DNA of 58,118 bases, filler included, from Basidiobolus ranarum (taxonomy: Eukaryota), in assembly GCA_040143965.1 (NCBI GenBank). It is 2 parts of 2 records of this genome, joined end to end, with 100 filler letters (N's around TTAATTAATTAA, not from the genome) between each part and the next. Parts side by side here need not be neighbours in the genome. Positions count along the whole stretch, not along the records: positions 1 to 29,019 come from JASJQH010000108.1; positions 29,120 to 58,118 come from JASJQH010000109.1. One strand, 5' to 3'. Shown piece by piece: positions 28,358-41,189 of the stretch; the stretch's first letter is position 1; every line of letters begins with the position of its first letter. The translations under genes and the position numbers were made by a program. Under the pieces are notes generated by a model. It had not been told where the DNA came from. It made no database searches and saw only the letters and a list, made by a program, of their open reading frames with translations.

Positions 28358-29019
28358 TTGCTAGTGAACAAGAGCATAGAGAGTGAGTATGTTTTAAAGG
28401 TAAGGATTCGAACTGCAACTATGTATGATTTGTAGCTCAATGGATGAACTATCTTGAGAATATGGATGAACAAAACCACTTACATAATCTGACCAAAAAA
28501 AATACCCCGAAGGTGAAAAAATAGGGAGAAGGGACTATGAAACCACACTAAAACATTTTTAAACCTCCACCTCTGGCAGGGTTTCGTGATTTCCTCAGTT
28601 AGCCAATCATGCTACTTTCTTGATCCAATTCTCATCATATATTGATTATATGCACTTAGATTTGTATAGTTTAACTCAACTGTGGGAACACTCATCCTCA
28701 GAGGAACACCCATTAAGCAGATTAGATACCTGGTACTCCATCCGCCCAATTAGGCCATTTGTGTCAATGAATGGTTAATTGATCGGTGCAATTAGTGTGT
28801 AGTCCGAATTACAAAGCCTAAGTCGGCCACAATCTCTTGATTAATGAGAAAATCTCACCAATGCTGCTTATTCACAATACAAACTGTTGACATAATAATG
28901 TGGATTGGTCTGGTGGATTGGATAGCATCAGAGATGAGCTAAGATTGCACGCGATAACACTGACCAGGTATTCGATAAACTTGAAACAGATTTCTTCTTT
29001 TGGAAGTGCAAGATGAGAT

Positions 29020-29119
29020 NNNNNNNNNNNNNNNNNNNNNNNNNNNNNNNNNNNNNNNNNNNNTTAATTAATTAANNNNNNNNNNNNNNNNNNNNNNNNN
29101 NNNNNNNNNNNNNNNNNNN
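29020..29119. other. Assembly gap with artificial linker
   Basis: 44 N + TTAATTAATTAA (29064-29075, stops in all six frames) + 44 N. Confidence 0.97.
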
Positions 29120-29389
29120 GATCTAGGCACGTAGGAGGGTGAAGGAAAGCAAGAACTGCTTCACCAGTAATGATTCCCCTCAAAAAAAGGATATACGGAT
29201 GCTTATATATACGGATGCTCATATTGCCATCATATATAAAATCTATTCTTCCCCGTTAAAAGATTATTTCTATATCCTTCTGTTTATATTGAGCCATTTA
29301 TCTAAATTCCATATTATAATGAATTCTTTATCTTACTCCAACCTTCCTACTACTAGTTTGCTAATGGCTTTCGATGGTTTCTTACGGGT

Positions 29390-30470
29390 ATGCAATACAG
29401 GCTATGCACATTAGACAACTCATCTACCGATATGATATTAATTCTCGTAACACAGCTCACGAGTACTCTTCAAATCCTCTCGTATTGCAAACGTCAACAA
29501 GTACCCTCGTACTATATGGATTTAGTTACTTTCTTTCCGATATTCATCCATTGCGCTCTGTTTTACATGTATAGAAATGACATATTAGGAGGTGTTCGAA
29601 TTTTTATGCGATCGGCTTGGTGCTGCCTCGTTACCTCTATTCTTTGCACCATGACAAGAACTTTTATCCTCCGGAATGAAGATTCGGTTTGCGAAGGCTT
29701 GAGTAGCAACACTGAAATGGAAAAATATACAAAAAGTCAATATCTGCTGTTGGTTTGTTTGGTAAGTACTGTACTGATCCATTGATTTTCGGTTTATTTT
29801 GCTGGCTAAATGGTCCTATAGATTATACAACTGATAGGCTATACTCCACAATACTACGAATTAGTTAGTAACAACATCCAAGCAGAATTGTGTAAATCCC
29901 AAATGGAATTGGGAGAATCCAAGTACATTCAACCTACTTCTTCCTCCAGGTATATTTCAACACCATAGTTTGTATTATTAACCTCTTGATTAATTTTTCA
30001 TACCATACGTGCTCTTACTATATATCAGCACAAAAGATCTTCCACCTCCAGAACTGAAGCAAGTACCAAATATCTAATCCTGTAGGTTCAACCATGGCCT
30101 AAATGACTGATAATTCTATCTTGATTTGGCTTGACATATATGATTCGCAATCAGTATGGAGCTATGGGAATCCTTATACGACGCCAGTTATCTTAACAGA
30201 TGAATCGTCAGCATGTAATCCAGTTATCTCAAGTAGTCCGAAAACTGAAATGGAAGAGTATATTAAAAAGCAACAATTGGTTTTGGTTGCATGATATCAA
30301 TTTTTCATTTATTTATGTGACTGTATGTTTCAATAGATTGCTTCAATAGACTGTAGTTGGTATTACACGAGGGCTGAATTACTACTCCTTTTACCGTGTT
30401 AATAAATCTATCATCGTCCAAATGAAAGTGCGCGAATCCAAGTACATTCTACATATCTGTTCCCACTATA
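29390..30470 (+). pseudogene. Degenerate, internally duplicated hydrophobic protein gene fragments
   Basis: Hydrophobic ORF 29390-29785 with a GT-AG intron leading to IIQLIGYTPQYYEL. The segment TEMEKYTKSQYLLLV / GESKYI recurs as TEMEEYIKKQQLVLV / RESKYI about 520 bp later. Confidence 0.35.
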
Positions 30471-30867
30471 TTTTATGCATAGATTTTATTTTCGGAGCCT
30501 CTTTCCTGAACGTGGCGACACCAGATATTTCATTGAATAGAGCTCACTTTGGAGAATATATTTGCAGCTATAAAGAATACAGAACATGGCCCCTTCAAAT
30601 CTTATTTCAAGTCCGGACATTATTTTTCACCAACAATTGGCAAATAATATGGATGTTAGGGGGAAATATTGTTTCAAAAGTCACTTTTAATGCATTGATG
30701 GCTAAAAAGCAGCATCTTCTTCATATTTTTGAAGTTAAATTAGTTGTCACTATGTAAAATGTTAACTTATTGAACTTCTGCTATTTTGGTAAACTCCTCT
30801 CCAACATTTATTGATTATGAGAGATTTACTTGGTGCTAGCCAGAAAAGTTTGTATAGGGCATGTAAT

Positions 30868-31232
30868 AGATGAAGCATTTTGGGAGCTGTTGGAAGTGTT
30901 TGGAGAAACAAGAAAGAATTGGTGGTTTTTACTTATTGATTTATTGAGTAGAAGGTTGACCTTTATACTTTTGTCAAGAGATAACAAACAAATGTGTAAA
31001 ATATGTTATGAAAGGTCCCAGGAACATGTGGCAAAGTTTGGGGCTTCTAGGATAAGTTTGAAAAATCTACATATTTGAGAAAAATCTAGATATCTGAGAA
31101 CTTCGAAGTTGGTAAAAATATTCAAAGTAAATTCCTCTTGAGAGTAGTGGGTGATATCTTACTGAAGTATGAATTAACTAAAACTAAGCTATATATGACT
31201 ATATAGATTTTTAGACTATGTTAATTTCAACA
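30868..31232 (+). mobile_element. Solo LTR, copy 3, with 5-bp TSD GTAAT
   Basis: GTAAT at 30863-30867 and 31233-31237. The 5' end is decayed (AGATGAAG for TGTTAAAG); the 3' end is TTTCAACA. Confidence 0.85.
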
Positions 31233-31899
31233 GTAATGACCATAGCTAAAGCCATAATGCTGAAAATTTGGCTCCTATGTAATGTAGAATCTAAAAATAT
31301 AGCTGATAATGTAAAATTTTAATGTAAAAAACATGTTGTGCTCACAATTGATTCACTCACCAAATATAAGTGGGCATAATATCACCAGGATTGACGGAAT
31401 CACCTTCATAACATATAACACTATCATTTGGGCTCTGTTTAAGTGGTGTGACAAATAGCAAGTTAAAACATGGAGTAAATGACAAGATATTGTCATTTGA
31501 AAAAATGCATGCAAAAAACGAATCAGTTTTGAGCAATAGTGTATATGTTCCAATTTTCAACAAAGTGATGAATGGCTAACAATATACAATAACTTACATA
31601 AGATATATGAAATATATATGTAAATAGTTAGGAATTATACATATGAGAAGTTTTCCACCTGATATTTCTCCCTTAGTCTTACCACTAAAGTACTAATAGC
31701 TTTTACTCAGAGCAGCAAAAATTTACTCCATCTTTACCAAAGTAGATTTAACCAAATCCAAATTCATTCAACCTTTTTCCTCATTCTGGTGTATTTCCAT
31801 ATTATTGTATATGTTGTTGAACTCTTTATTAATTTAGAATACTGTGCGCCTTTACTATATCTATCAGCACAAAGAATCCTTCACTTTAAGAACTAAAGC

Positions 31900-32243
31900 T
31901 GTTAAAGTATTTGGGAGCCTGTTGGAAGTGGTTTGGAGAATTAGAGAAATTGGTGGTTTTCACATATTGATTTATTGCGTAGAAAGTTGACATTTATACT
32001 TTTGTCAAGATGTAAACAAACAAACGTGTAGAATATGTTAAGGAAGGTCCCAGGAACATGTGTGCAAGGTGTGGGGCTTCTAGCACAAGTTTGAGAAATC
32101 TATATATCTGAGAACTTCTAAGTTGGTGTCAATATTCTAAATTCCGATTGAGAATAATGGGTACTATCATAGTGAAATATAAGATAACTAAATACTAAGC
32201 TATATATGACTATATAGGTGCTTAGGCAATGCTAATTTCAACA
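31900..32243 (+). mobile_element. Solo LTR, copy 4, with 5-bp TSD AAAGC
   Basis: TGTTAAAG...TTTCAACA termini (TG..CA, short inverted repeat); AAAGC at 31895-31899 and 32244-32248. Confidence 0.9.
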
Positions 32244-35200
32244 AAAGCGAGTGCAAACTATCTCAACTTGTGAGTTCAACCATGGTTTAAACTATCTGGT
32301 TATCTTATCTGGACTGTAATCAATGGATAAGTATGAAGCTGTTGGATCAGTGGCTAGCAAGTGTGGGGAATCTAAATATGTGGGCTCATTCATGGCCTAA
32401 ACTGGTTCATTATAATGGGTTGAAAGCAGGAGTTATCAGATCTCCTGTGCGGTATGGATGTTCCAAAAAGGCATACTTAATCAGTTAACTTGAAACATAG
32501 ATTTGTGTCAGTATTGCATTCCTCTACTTTTAGCTACTCTGTGTCATTAGCTGACAAGTTAAAAGTATAGAGAATATATGAATTAGTTTTCCGTATCTCT
32601 CCTTAACATAGTAACTTCGGTATCACTAAAAGAGAGTTCAGGAAATCCACGCAAGTATTTCTTGATGTAGTTCAACAGTTGACCTTTATACTATCTACAA
32701 ACATATTAGATTTTTAGTACAATTATGTATGGAAATAAACACATAAAAAAACTTTCTCTGGGTGGATGATCTTTTGATGTATTTGCAAAATAAAACGTAA
32801 GGACTAACATAAACTATATAAACTCGATTCTTTGCCAATACAAAGAGAAGATAATTAATTTTTGTTCCAGAAATGAGCCATCCTAAAGCACCATTCCGTC
32901 TCTTTGATTTCAAACGCTATTGCTGGTTTCATATTCTATTAGTAACGTATGTAGAACTGATTATATACAGCACACAATCAACTCGCTGATATCATTTTGG
33001 ATATTTAAATATAGCTTGGTGACAGTCTTATGATCTTCACATATTACATACAATCTGATTATAGTACCGTGCTTTATGATATTCATATGTAGTGGTTGTT
33101 TTCAAAGATACGTACATGACCATGCCAAAGTCCATCCAACAATCGTTCGAATTTTCAGTATCTGGTTCATATTATCAATATGATACGTATTCCTCTGATT
33201 ACTTAGGTCTTCCTGAATGAGGATGCTGTTTATAAAGGATTAAGTGACGACTCTTGTTCTAAATTTGTCAACTATTTTGCCGACTAGATTTTTATATAGC
33301 TTTTAGTTGGTATATCTATATGGAGTTATCGTGAAGAAATTCCACGTCAACGCAGTAACTACATCAGCACTCAAGTGGAGTTAGGTAAATCCATAACTAC
33401 TCGACCTTCTTTCAGTAGACTTCACGTCATTCATTATACTGTATTGTTAAACTCTCGATTAATCGATAATAGTACCTACTGTAAGAACGAAGATACGCCA
33501 ATTACGACGTCACTAAATAATGTGATTTTATTAGAACGATTATCAGATCTTGACTTGGCAGATATGGCTGGAATGGCGATATCGGATTCCCCATATAGTA
33601 ACGAATCTCCCCCCAGTAATTCATCACTTGACATATTCTTAAAAAATTCAATATCCACTTCCTGTTAGTTAATGTACCTGCAACTCTCCCTCAATGAACT
33701 TTCTACATTTGCACTACCAGAGTTCATTGAAGAATTTATGCTGTGCTGTTGATAGAGGATTTTAAGGAATTAAGCATCAATTATCCGAGTATGAGCATGA
33801 ATTGCTACGACGATCATTGATGTAAGTGGCCGATTCTCTAAGGTTACAAATTAGGAAGATAGATGCATAAGACTACATGATTAAACTGGTTTCTCGGTGG
33901 ATTAATTAAATGTTAGGTTTCAATAAATAGATTTCCAATCAATTCTTGAGATAACTTTATAAAAGTTGAACTGTGCTGGTAACATGCAAGTAATACAAGT
34001 TCAACTGTGGTTTTACCTACTGCCACTGCCACTGCCATATCAAAACCATCCTCCACCTCCCGATCATAAGTTGCCTTGTTGTACCAAATTCACTGAGTAT
34101 TGCCACCAATTGGCACTCCATCATGAGACCCTGATCCATATCATGCACTCGAACACGAACACATCCACGCCACCATCCATCCCAATGATTGAATCTATCT
34201 AGACTAATGAGACTAGCACTCGAGCCGAAACTAGATGAGTGTATGTAGTAACCATGTTCTTAATACCATAACCGGTTTTCATTATCGATGCGATGTATAA
34301 TATTAAGACAGTCTCACCGATGATTTGGTTACTTATATGTTCCGTTCCAATGACGCACGGTCATCTTCCATGAATCACAACTGCAGGGGGGGTTTAGACT
34401 AGGGATGGTTTTAGGGGTGGATAGAATCCGATTTTCCATAGTGACCAACCATCCACCGTCCACCATCTACCATCTACCATCCAACCCAACCCAACTTTCA
34501 ATCCTCAATCGTTATGCTGGGATGCACCGGAGTGAACCTCTACTAAATGAAGAAAGTCACTCAGTCCTACCGCCCAACATTCCCTTCTTTGGTAATGAAT
34601 AATAACTGCGGTTATACAAACAAATAATCTGGTTATTGAAGCTTTGTGAACGAATGAATGGGTGTCGAGTGGAGCGGGACTAGGGGTTGGACCGAAGAAC
34701 CTCTCCCTCCAATAGCTAGATAACTCTATCCTGTGATGCGTCTGGCGCTTGAGGATAAGGATGCAAGATTGAGGGTGGATGTGGATACGGATACGAATAC
34801 AATGCGGATACCCATGGGATTCTAGGGTGAATGAGGGTAGAAAAGTGGGTTTTGTCAGCACTTCTTCCAACAACGAATGAAGATCACTCCAAGATCCCAC
34901 CAAAGCAGGAACTAACATCACAACTCTGTTCCAAGTCAGTGAATTAACCAAGTCAACCCAATCCTAGCCCCAATTGTTGAACACAAATTAGCATCCAGTA
35001 TGCTGATCAAATCCCCTTTACTCCTGTCTAAAACTTAAGAATCTCAGGTAAGACAAAGCCCTAGTTTGGCCCAACCAAATAAAAGGATGACCATGCTTTT
35101 TTGATGAGAAATTCAATTGATTAACATGGATATTAAAAAATATACGAACACTTTGGACAGAGTTCATTCAGTTAAATAAGAACTATCGGCTTCCATGTCA

Positions 35201-35330
35201 CTCGTGAATAGAGTCAATCATTCCCCTTTACTCTCGGACCCCATACAACCGATATAGTGGGAAACCAATATATTTATAAGACTCAACCAGAAGTGTATCG
35301 TTATTTCTTTGCTATTGTGTGGTGGAACTC

Positions 35331-36355
35331 ATGTTAAACATGGCTACCTCCGGTAGATCTTGGGAAACCGCAGAAACCAAGTTACTCATGGAATTAAGAC
35401 GTGAAATGGACCACGAGTTTAACGTCGTAAAAAGAAACGCTGTTCTATGGAAAAAACTTTCCGACCGAATGAACAGAGCTGGGTATAGTAGAACCGATAA
35501 ACAATGTAAAGAGAAATGGAAAAACCTTCTTTCTGAATATAAGGTAGGAGAACTGAAAATTACCGAAACAGGAGTTGGTGAAGCATCACTATACACCTAC
35601 TGTGTTTTCCATTTGCTAACTCGAATTCTATCCGGTTAGAGGGCTGAAAGTCAAAAGGGTTTATGTGAAGGGGAGCAACAGCGAATGTTCCCATATTATA
35701 ATCATATAAAAGATATACTGGTAAAGCAGCCTGGCTCAACCTTGTCTTCTATATTGGACTCCCCACCACCAAATTTAGATAATCATTCAAGTAATTCGCC
35801 GTATCATCCCGCTTACAATCGCTCTGGCCAACCCACGCTTCCTTCAACCTATTCTGGACAGCCATCTACATCTCAATATCCCTATAGCAACGAGCCCACA
35901 CCACCCAGTGTCACTCCTGATCCTTCCCATGAACATCCACACCTTTCCTCAACAACTCATTATCATCACACTTCACAGCATTGGTATAAATCCAAAGTCC
36001 ATGACATTATCAGTAAAAGAAACGATAGGAATCTCAATGGCTTGTTGAATGTAGAGGCCACATCAGTTATTTACCAAGTGCTGGGGCTTATGCGTCAAGA
36101 GATAACCGAGAGGCGTAGGAGGAACAGATCGAGGCTCGACAGCTGGAATCCCGACGTCGCGAGGAGGCTCGTGAACGAAGGCGAGAGAAACGAGAACGTG
36201 AGAGAGCTCGACGCCAGAGATATTACACTCAGGTATTAACCACTTTAGCCTCTCATATCACACCTAATGCAACCGAATATCTTTCAGCCATCCCTAACCG
36301 AACCGACAGAAGTGGCAGTGATACGGAGAAGAACACATACACAACGAGCACATAA
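35331..36355 (+). CDS. Myb/SANT-like (trihelix GT-type) DNA-binding protein; C-terminal frame uncertain
   Basis: WETAETKLLMELRREMDHEF...RNAVLWKKLSDRM..GYSRTDKQCKEKWKNLLSEYK, intron 35544-35639, then FPYYNHIKDIL. The in-frame stop is at 36239, but an E/R-rich coiled coil in another frame runs 36119-36355. Confidence 0.8.
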
Positions 36356-37314
36356 ACCATTTAGAATATACACAATATTGTAAAGTTGAGTGAGAATTTT
36401 CTTACAAAATGGAATGCATCCCTCGCCCAACACCTTTAATGATTTCTTATCCTTCTTTAGTATAAAGTTACCAATTCTTTTGTTGAATAATGTTCGGTTA
36501 TTATTATTATTATTGGTGGGTCACTTTTTAATTCGTAGCGGTACTATGATATTCCTCTTAACATGACAATTTCTTTTCTTGAAAGCTGAGCTAAAATAAA
36601 AATGAAATTCAAACGGAGGCCAAAAGTGTCAATATGGAGGGCATGGCATCTCATCGTTCCAAATACGACCTTGCTGAAAACTCTCATGGTTCTGATGTGA
36701 TCATAAAGGGTTGATTGGAAATACCTTAAATCTTCCTAGAAAAGGGAAATTCCGAACCCAGAAACAGGAAATAAACATTCTCGACCTTTACGGAAATATT
36801 GTTAAAGATTTAGAATTACAAATCATTGAAACAATGACCGGAACCCTGGTTTTAGCAAAGTGTCCTCATGACAAGTGGTTTATTAGCGATCCTCATTGGG
36901 GCGCGCACGCTCTCCTCTCAATAAATCACTTTGCCCCGTCTAAGAATACTTTGTAGTTCACATTTCAATAATATTTTTTTATAAACGAAGAAAAGGGCTC
37001 ACTATTAAGATGCATTTATATTGGAGCAGGGGATGAAGAAATAAAGTGTAGTGGTGGTTAAAAGAGTGATGAAAAGAAGGGAAGGGATAAAAACACAAAC
37101 ACTAATGGATGGAGAGGGACAACAGACGAGAGGCGGGCAAAAAGGAAAGATTCGTATCACTTCTTACGCTACGAAGTGAGAAACCAATTTATAATGTTCA
37201 CATGAAAGGAATGTCAACATCAAGCACATGTTAAACGCAAAAAACATGAAATACAAAAGAACAAATGGGAAGTAATAAGTATTAGCAATAGGCAAAACCA
37301 TTCAAATCACTAAA

Positions 37315-40300
37315 TTAAACAGAGGCGCGCTTGACCATCTCTCTAGCCCATCTGGCAACATCTCTGGTAGATGAAGAGGAATGTCTGCTGGATCTTCCTT
37401 CCTTCAAGCAGGCACTGATCCAATCAGCAGCGAGTAGTTGCTTAATTTGACCGTTCATAAATGCTTCTGACATATCGCCTAAAAGACCAATCATACCACG
37501 AGTGACTGCCTCAGTTCTCTCAGGGTCGTTATAGACCATTCCCATAAAGGAAAAGATGTGTTGAGCATGAGGCAAAAGTAATCCTGCTTTGTCTCCGGTT
37601 TTGAGTCCCTGAGTGATACCAACATAAGCCTCAATAATACCTTCACGAAGTTGGTTGACATATTCAATCATATCATAAGAGTTCATTGGGATGGCTGTCA
37701 TACTGCATGCCTGTTGAAGCATGCTCATGGAGATGTTCAAATATGCCTCATATTGTCCACCAACAGCAAGAGCAATGTCTCCGAAACATGATAAGATGGT
37801 TGGCTTTACGTTACGATGCAACACAGGGCTTTGAAGGTTTTGAACAAGCAAGGTCATGAATGAGTCGCAGAAGGGTAAGACTTGATCACCCAAGCCACGG
37901 CAGATATCACCAATAAGGCCGACAGCAATAGAACATAACTGATGTTCTTCATGATTTTGAAGAGCAGAGTACAAAAAGGGTGAGAAACTCTCCAAGTAAC
38001 GTCCAAAATCAGCCTCGAGGGCAGTAATGAGGGAACCAACGCACAAGAACACATCTTCAAGAACTGTAGAGTGCTTGTTGGAGGAGTTGAGAATTTGAAG
38101 GACAGGTGTCATGATTCTATCGGAAACACTGGCGATATCTTTACCGACTCTTCTGGTGATGTTGGTCAAAACATTAAACAGATTAGATTGGAGTTCGAAA
38201 TGAGAGTTCTTCTCGTCGATTCCGATAATCTGGTTTTGTTGAGCAATAGTGGCATCAAGTCTCTCCAAAATAGCAACAGCAAGTTGAGAGATAGTAGGCA
38301 TACAATCACGAGAACTTGTGGTTACGAATGTGGAAATGGCTTCATAGGCACTAGTGCGGGCATTAGCCTCGTTATTACTAGTATCAGTGATACGCATCAA
38401 GGCAGCAATGATGCCTTCGAAATAGGCAGAAAGTGGATAGGTCTCAGCATCGGAGTCTCCACCTAATTGTTCAGAAAGATTCATCAAAGACCAACAGCAA
38501 TTAGAAACAATACGTGGTGAGTCGTTTAAACCGTTCACAAGAGCTGTAACCAAGCTGTTAAGATGAACATCGGGTTTGATGCACTCAATCAAGGTATGGC
38601 ATATACGACCGAGGGTCCAAGCAGCAGTGTCCTTGACATGAACGATAGGATCCTTCATCATATCAATGAAAACAGGGAAGGCCTGGCTAACTAAAGGTTC
38701 CAAAAGAGTTGGGTCAGGTCCATCCAAAATGGAACCGAAAGCCATGACAGCAGCTTCACGGAGTCTCCATTCAGGGTTACGGATATGGGTTTCCACAAAG
38801 GGAATAACCAAGCTAACAATGTTGTTTTCCACACATTGAGCAAATAGTGAAAGACAAGTAGCAGCTGCCATAGCGATGTTCCATTCATCCTCATCGGCAT
38901 CCTCTTCTTGCTTAGAGAGCAAAGACAAAAGTACGGGAACAATTTGTTCGAGAGCAGACTGAGCGAAATGATGACTTACACGATCAGGTTGTTCGCCATA
39001 TTCAAGAGCCTCAGCGGCTTCAGCATCAAGTTCAATCTCTTCTTCACAGACTGTCGACCAGAATTCTACAGCTTGCAAGGCAACCTTTTCTTCCTCATGT
39101 GTCATACCAAACACAGTCAATTTGAATAAAGCCATTTCCATGTAATGACCCATTTTATCGTAATACAATTGCATGATTCTCACCAAACACTCGAATGCAG
39201 CAACTTGAACAAGAACCTCGGGGCTTTGTGTGGCCTCGCAAACAACTTGCATGATGTAGTTACGCTCACCCTAAACGAAAGGTTGTTAGAGAACTTGAAA
39301 ACCTAACGAAACATAGGTGAAATAAATATACCTCTCTCTCGAAATTTTCTCTGACGAATTCAAGAGAATTGAACAAAGCAGTGATAGCAGCATACCTGAC
39401 TTCTTGACTAAATAGATGTTAGTTGATCGTCAAATGTAAATATACCCAAAAAAACAACCAACCTGGGCTCCTCTTTACGAGCACCTGTAACGACAGCAGT
39501 CAAGATTTGGTTGGCTTGAGTGGCTAAAATTTCGGGATCCTAATATCGTGTAAAGAGTTAGAAAACGGGCAGAAGACTAGTGAACTAAAAATATAGCAAC
39601 TTACAATGGATTCACAAATAAAACCAAGAGATTGAAGAGTGGATTGCTTAAGGTTGGTATTATCGGTGGAAGTTACATTTTCCAACAATATTTTAATCAA
39701 GTCAAGCCATTCACCACGGGGAATTTCTATAGCAGCGATAGCAGAAACTGCCTGAGCGGCAACGGTTCCGGCTTTAAGAGAAGGAGAGGCAAGAGTGGAA
39801 AGGACCTTCGATAAGACAAGTACGATCAGAATTAAGTGTCTACAAATACTAACGAAACCGTCAATTTACCGCTTGCTTCACTTGAGCCTTGGTGTTAGGG
39901 TCGATAGCTAACCACCTCTGGACCATATCCTCTTTACGGTGCTCTTCCTACAATATTATTAGTCATCAAGTGGAGAAATAAGTTATTCGTTTCACTTCGT
40001 TACCTTAGCGGTGAGAGTATTCTTCAGTGCCAGACCAGCAGCAGTTCTAATATGGGGTTGAGATTGCTCATTGGCGAGTTCTTGGCACAAAGCAACAATG
40101 TAGGCAGACTAATTGTATGTGTAACATAGTCATTAGTATGGAATTTACGAGTTGAGTAACGTATGAGACTTACAAAATTATCTCTGGAGGCAGACTCTAA
40201 ATGTTTAGTAGCCTCCTCACGGATTTGCTGGTCTAGGGAAATGAAGTAAGTACATAATAAACGCTATAAATAGTAGAGTACATGACTAACCAGGTGACAA

Positions 40301-40336
40301 GGTGTGAGCAAGTATTTCACCGAAATTAAGACTCAT
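37315..40336 (-). CDS. KAP95: Importin beta-1 (karyopherin beta 1), multi-exon
   Basis: EILAHTLSP, AAGLALKNTL, EGERNYIMQVVCEATQ, ALQAVEFWSTVCEEE, EDADEDEWN and VKDTAAWTLGRI; HEAT repeats. Confidence 0.95.
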
Positions 40337-41189
40337 TTTTTCTAGAATGTACAGGAAAAGCCGCGAATAAACAACTAAAGTCGCTTGAGAAAGAAAAGAG
40401 CGAGGCTTTTTTTGCTTTGGTAATACGGAATGCGAAATACGCTAGATCACCGAGCGACGTAAAGAATCAGATAGCTAATTTACTATTTAGACCCCATAAT
40501 AATGCATATAATCTTAATCGATCCTAGATCAACCAAAAGTGACCAATCACTTGGAACAAAAGAGAAAAAATCAACATGATCATTCAATTTGTTTGTGATC
40601 CGGGGGGTTGAAAAAAATTACAACTTGATAATAAACAATTGAAGCAGTTGCATTAATAACTTACGTATAACCTATAATATGTGCTTTACTAAAACAGCGA
40701 TGTTATGAATACACACCTCCAAACAAGGAATGTCAAGAATTATTGCAGAATCCATTGAATTCGTCAAGTTAATCGAGCATTTGGTCTCACTATTCTTTTT
40801 ATCCACCCATTCATGCATTCACGCATGGGTATTATATTTTATATTCTTAACAAATATGGTTCGATTCATGCATAAATTTATGTTCTTTCTGTTATCACGT
40901 GACACAATAGCGTTAAATATCACAGATATAAGATATCCACGTGAAATTCGCCATATTAGTTTATAGCCCATAATAATTATGGGAAACAGAATATATGAGA
41001 AATAAATATCAAGAGTTTGAGTTCAAATCAGCACACAACTAAACTAAATGAAAAAATTGATATGGGGTTGAAATTCAGAAATTTTGAAAAACTTCGAATA
41101 GAATCAACAATTTTTGCCTTTTGACTACTTGCCACGATACTTTCGTCGTTTTAATAGTTTCTGCTAAACCGCTTGAAAGTAGAAACTAA

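Noticed and set aside
33100-33760. Coding-like minus-strand fragments (MDIEFFKNMSS...)
   Set aside because: I could not build an open spliced frame or recognise a family.
35331-36355. Myb/SANT gene as the ORF of a PIF/Harbinger transposon
   Set aside because: No adjacent DDE transposase or terminal inverted repeats were seen; the architecture fits a host trihelix-type factor.
40967-40983. Palindrome CCCATAAT-A-ATTATGGG and CACGTG boxes in the divergent KAP95/uS2m promoter
   Set aside because: Short motifs that cannot be assigned without enrichment data.
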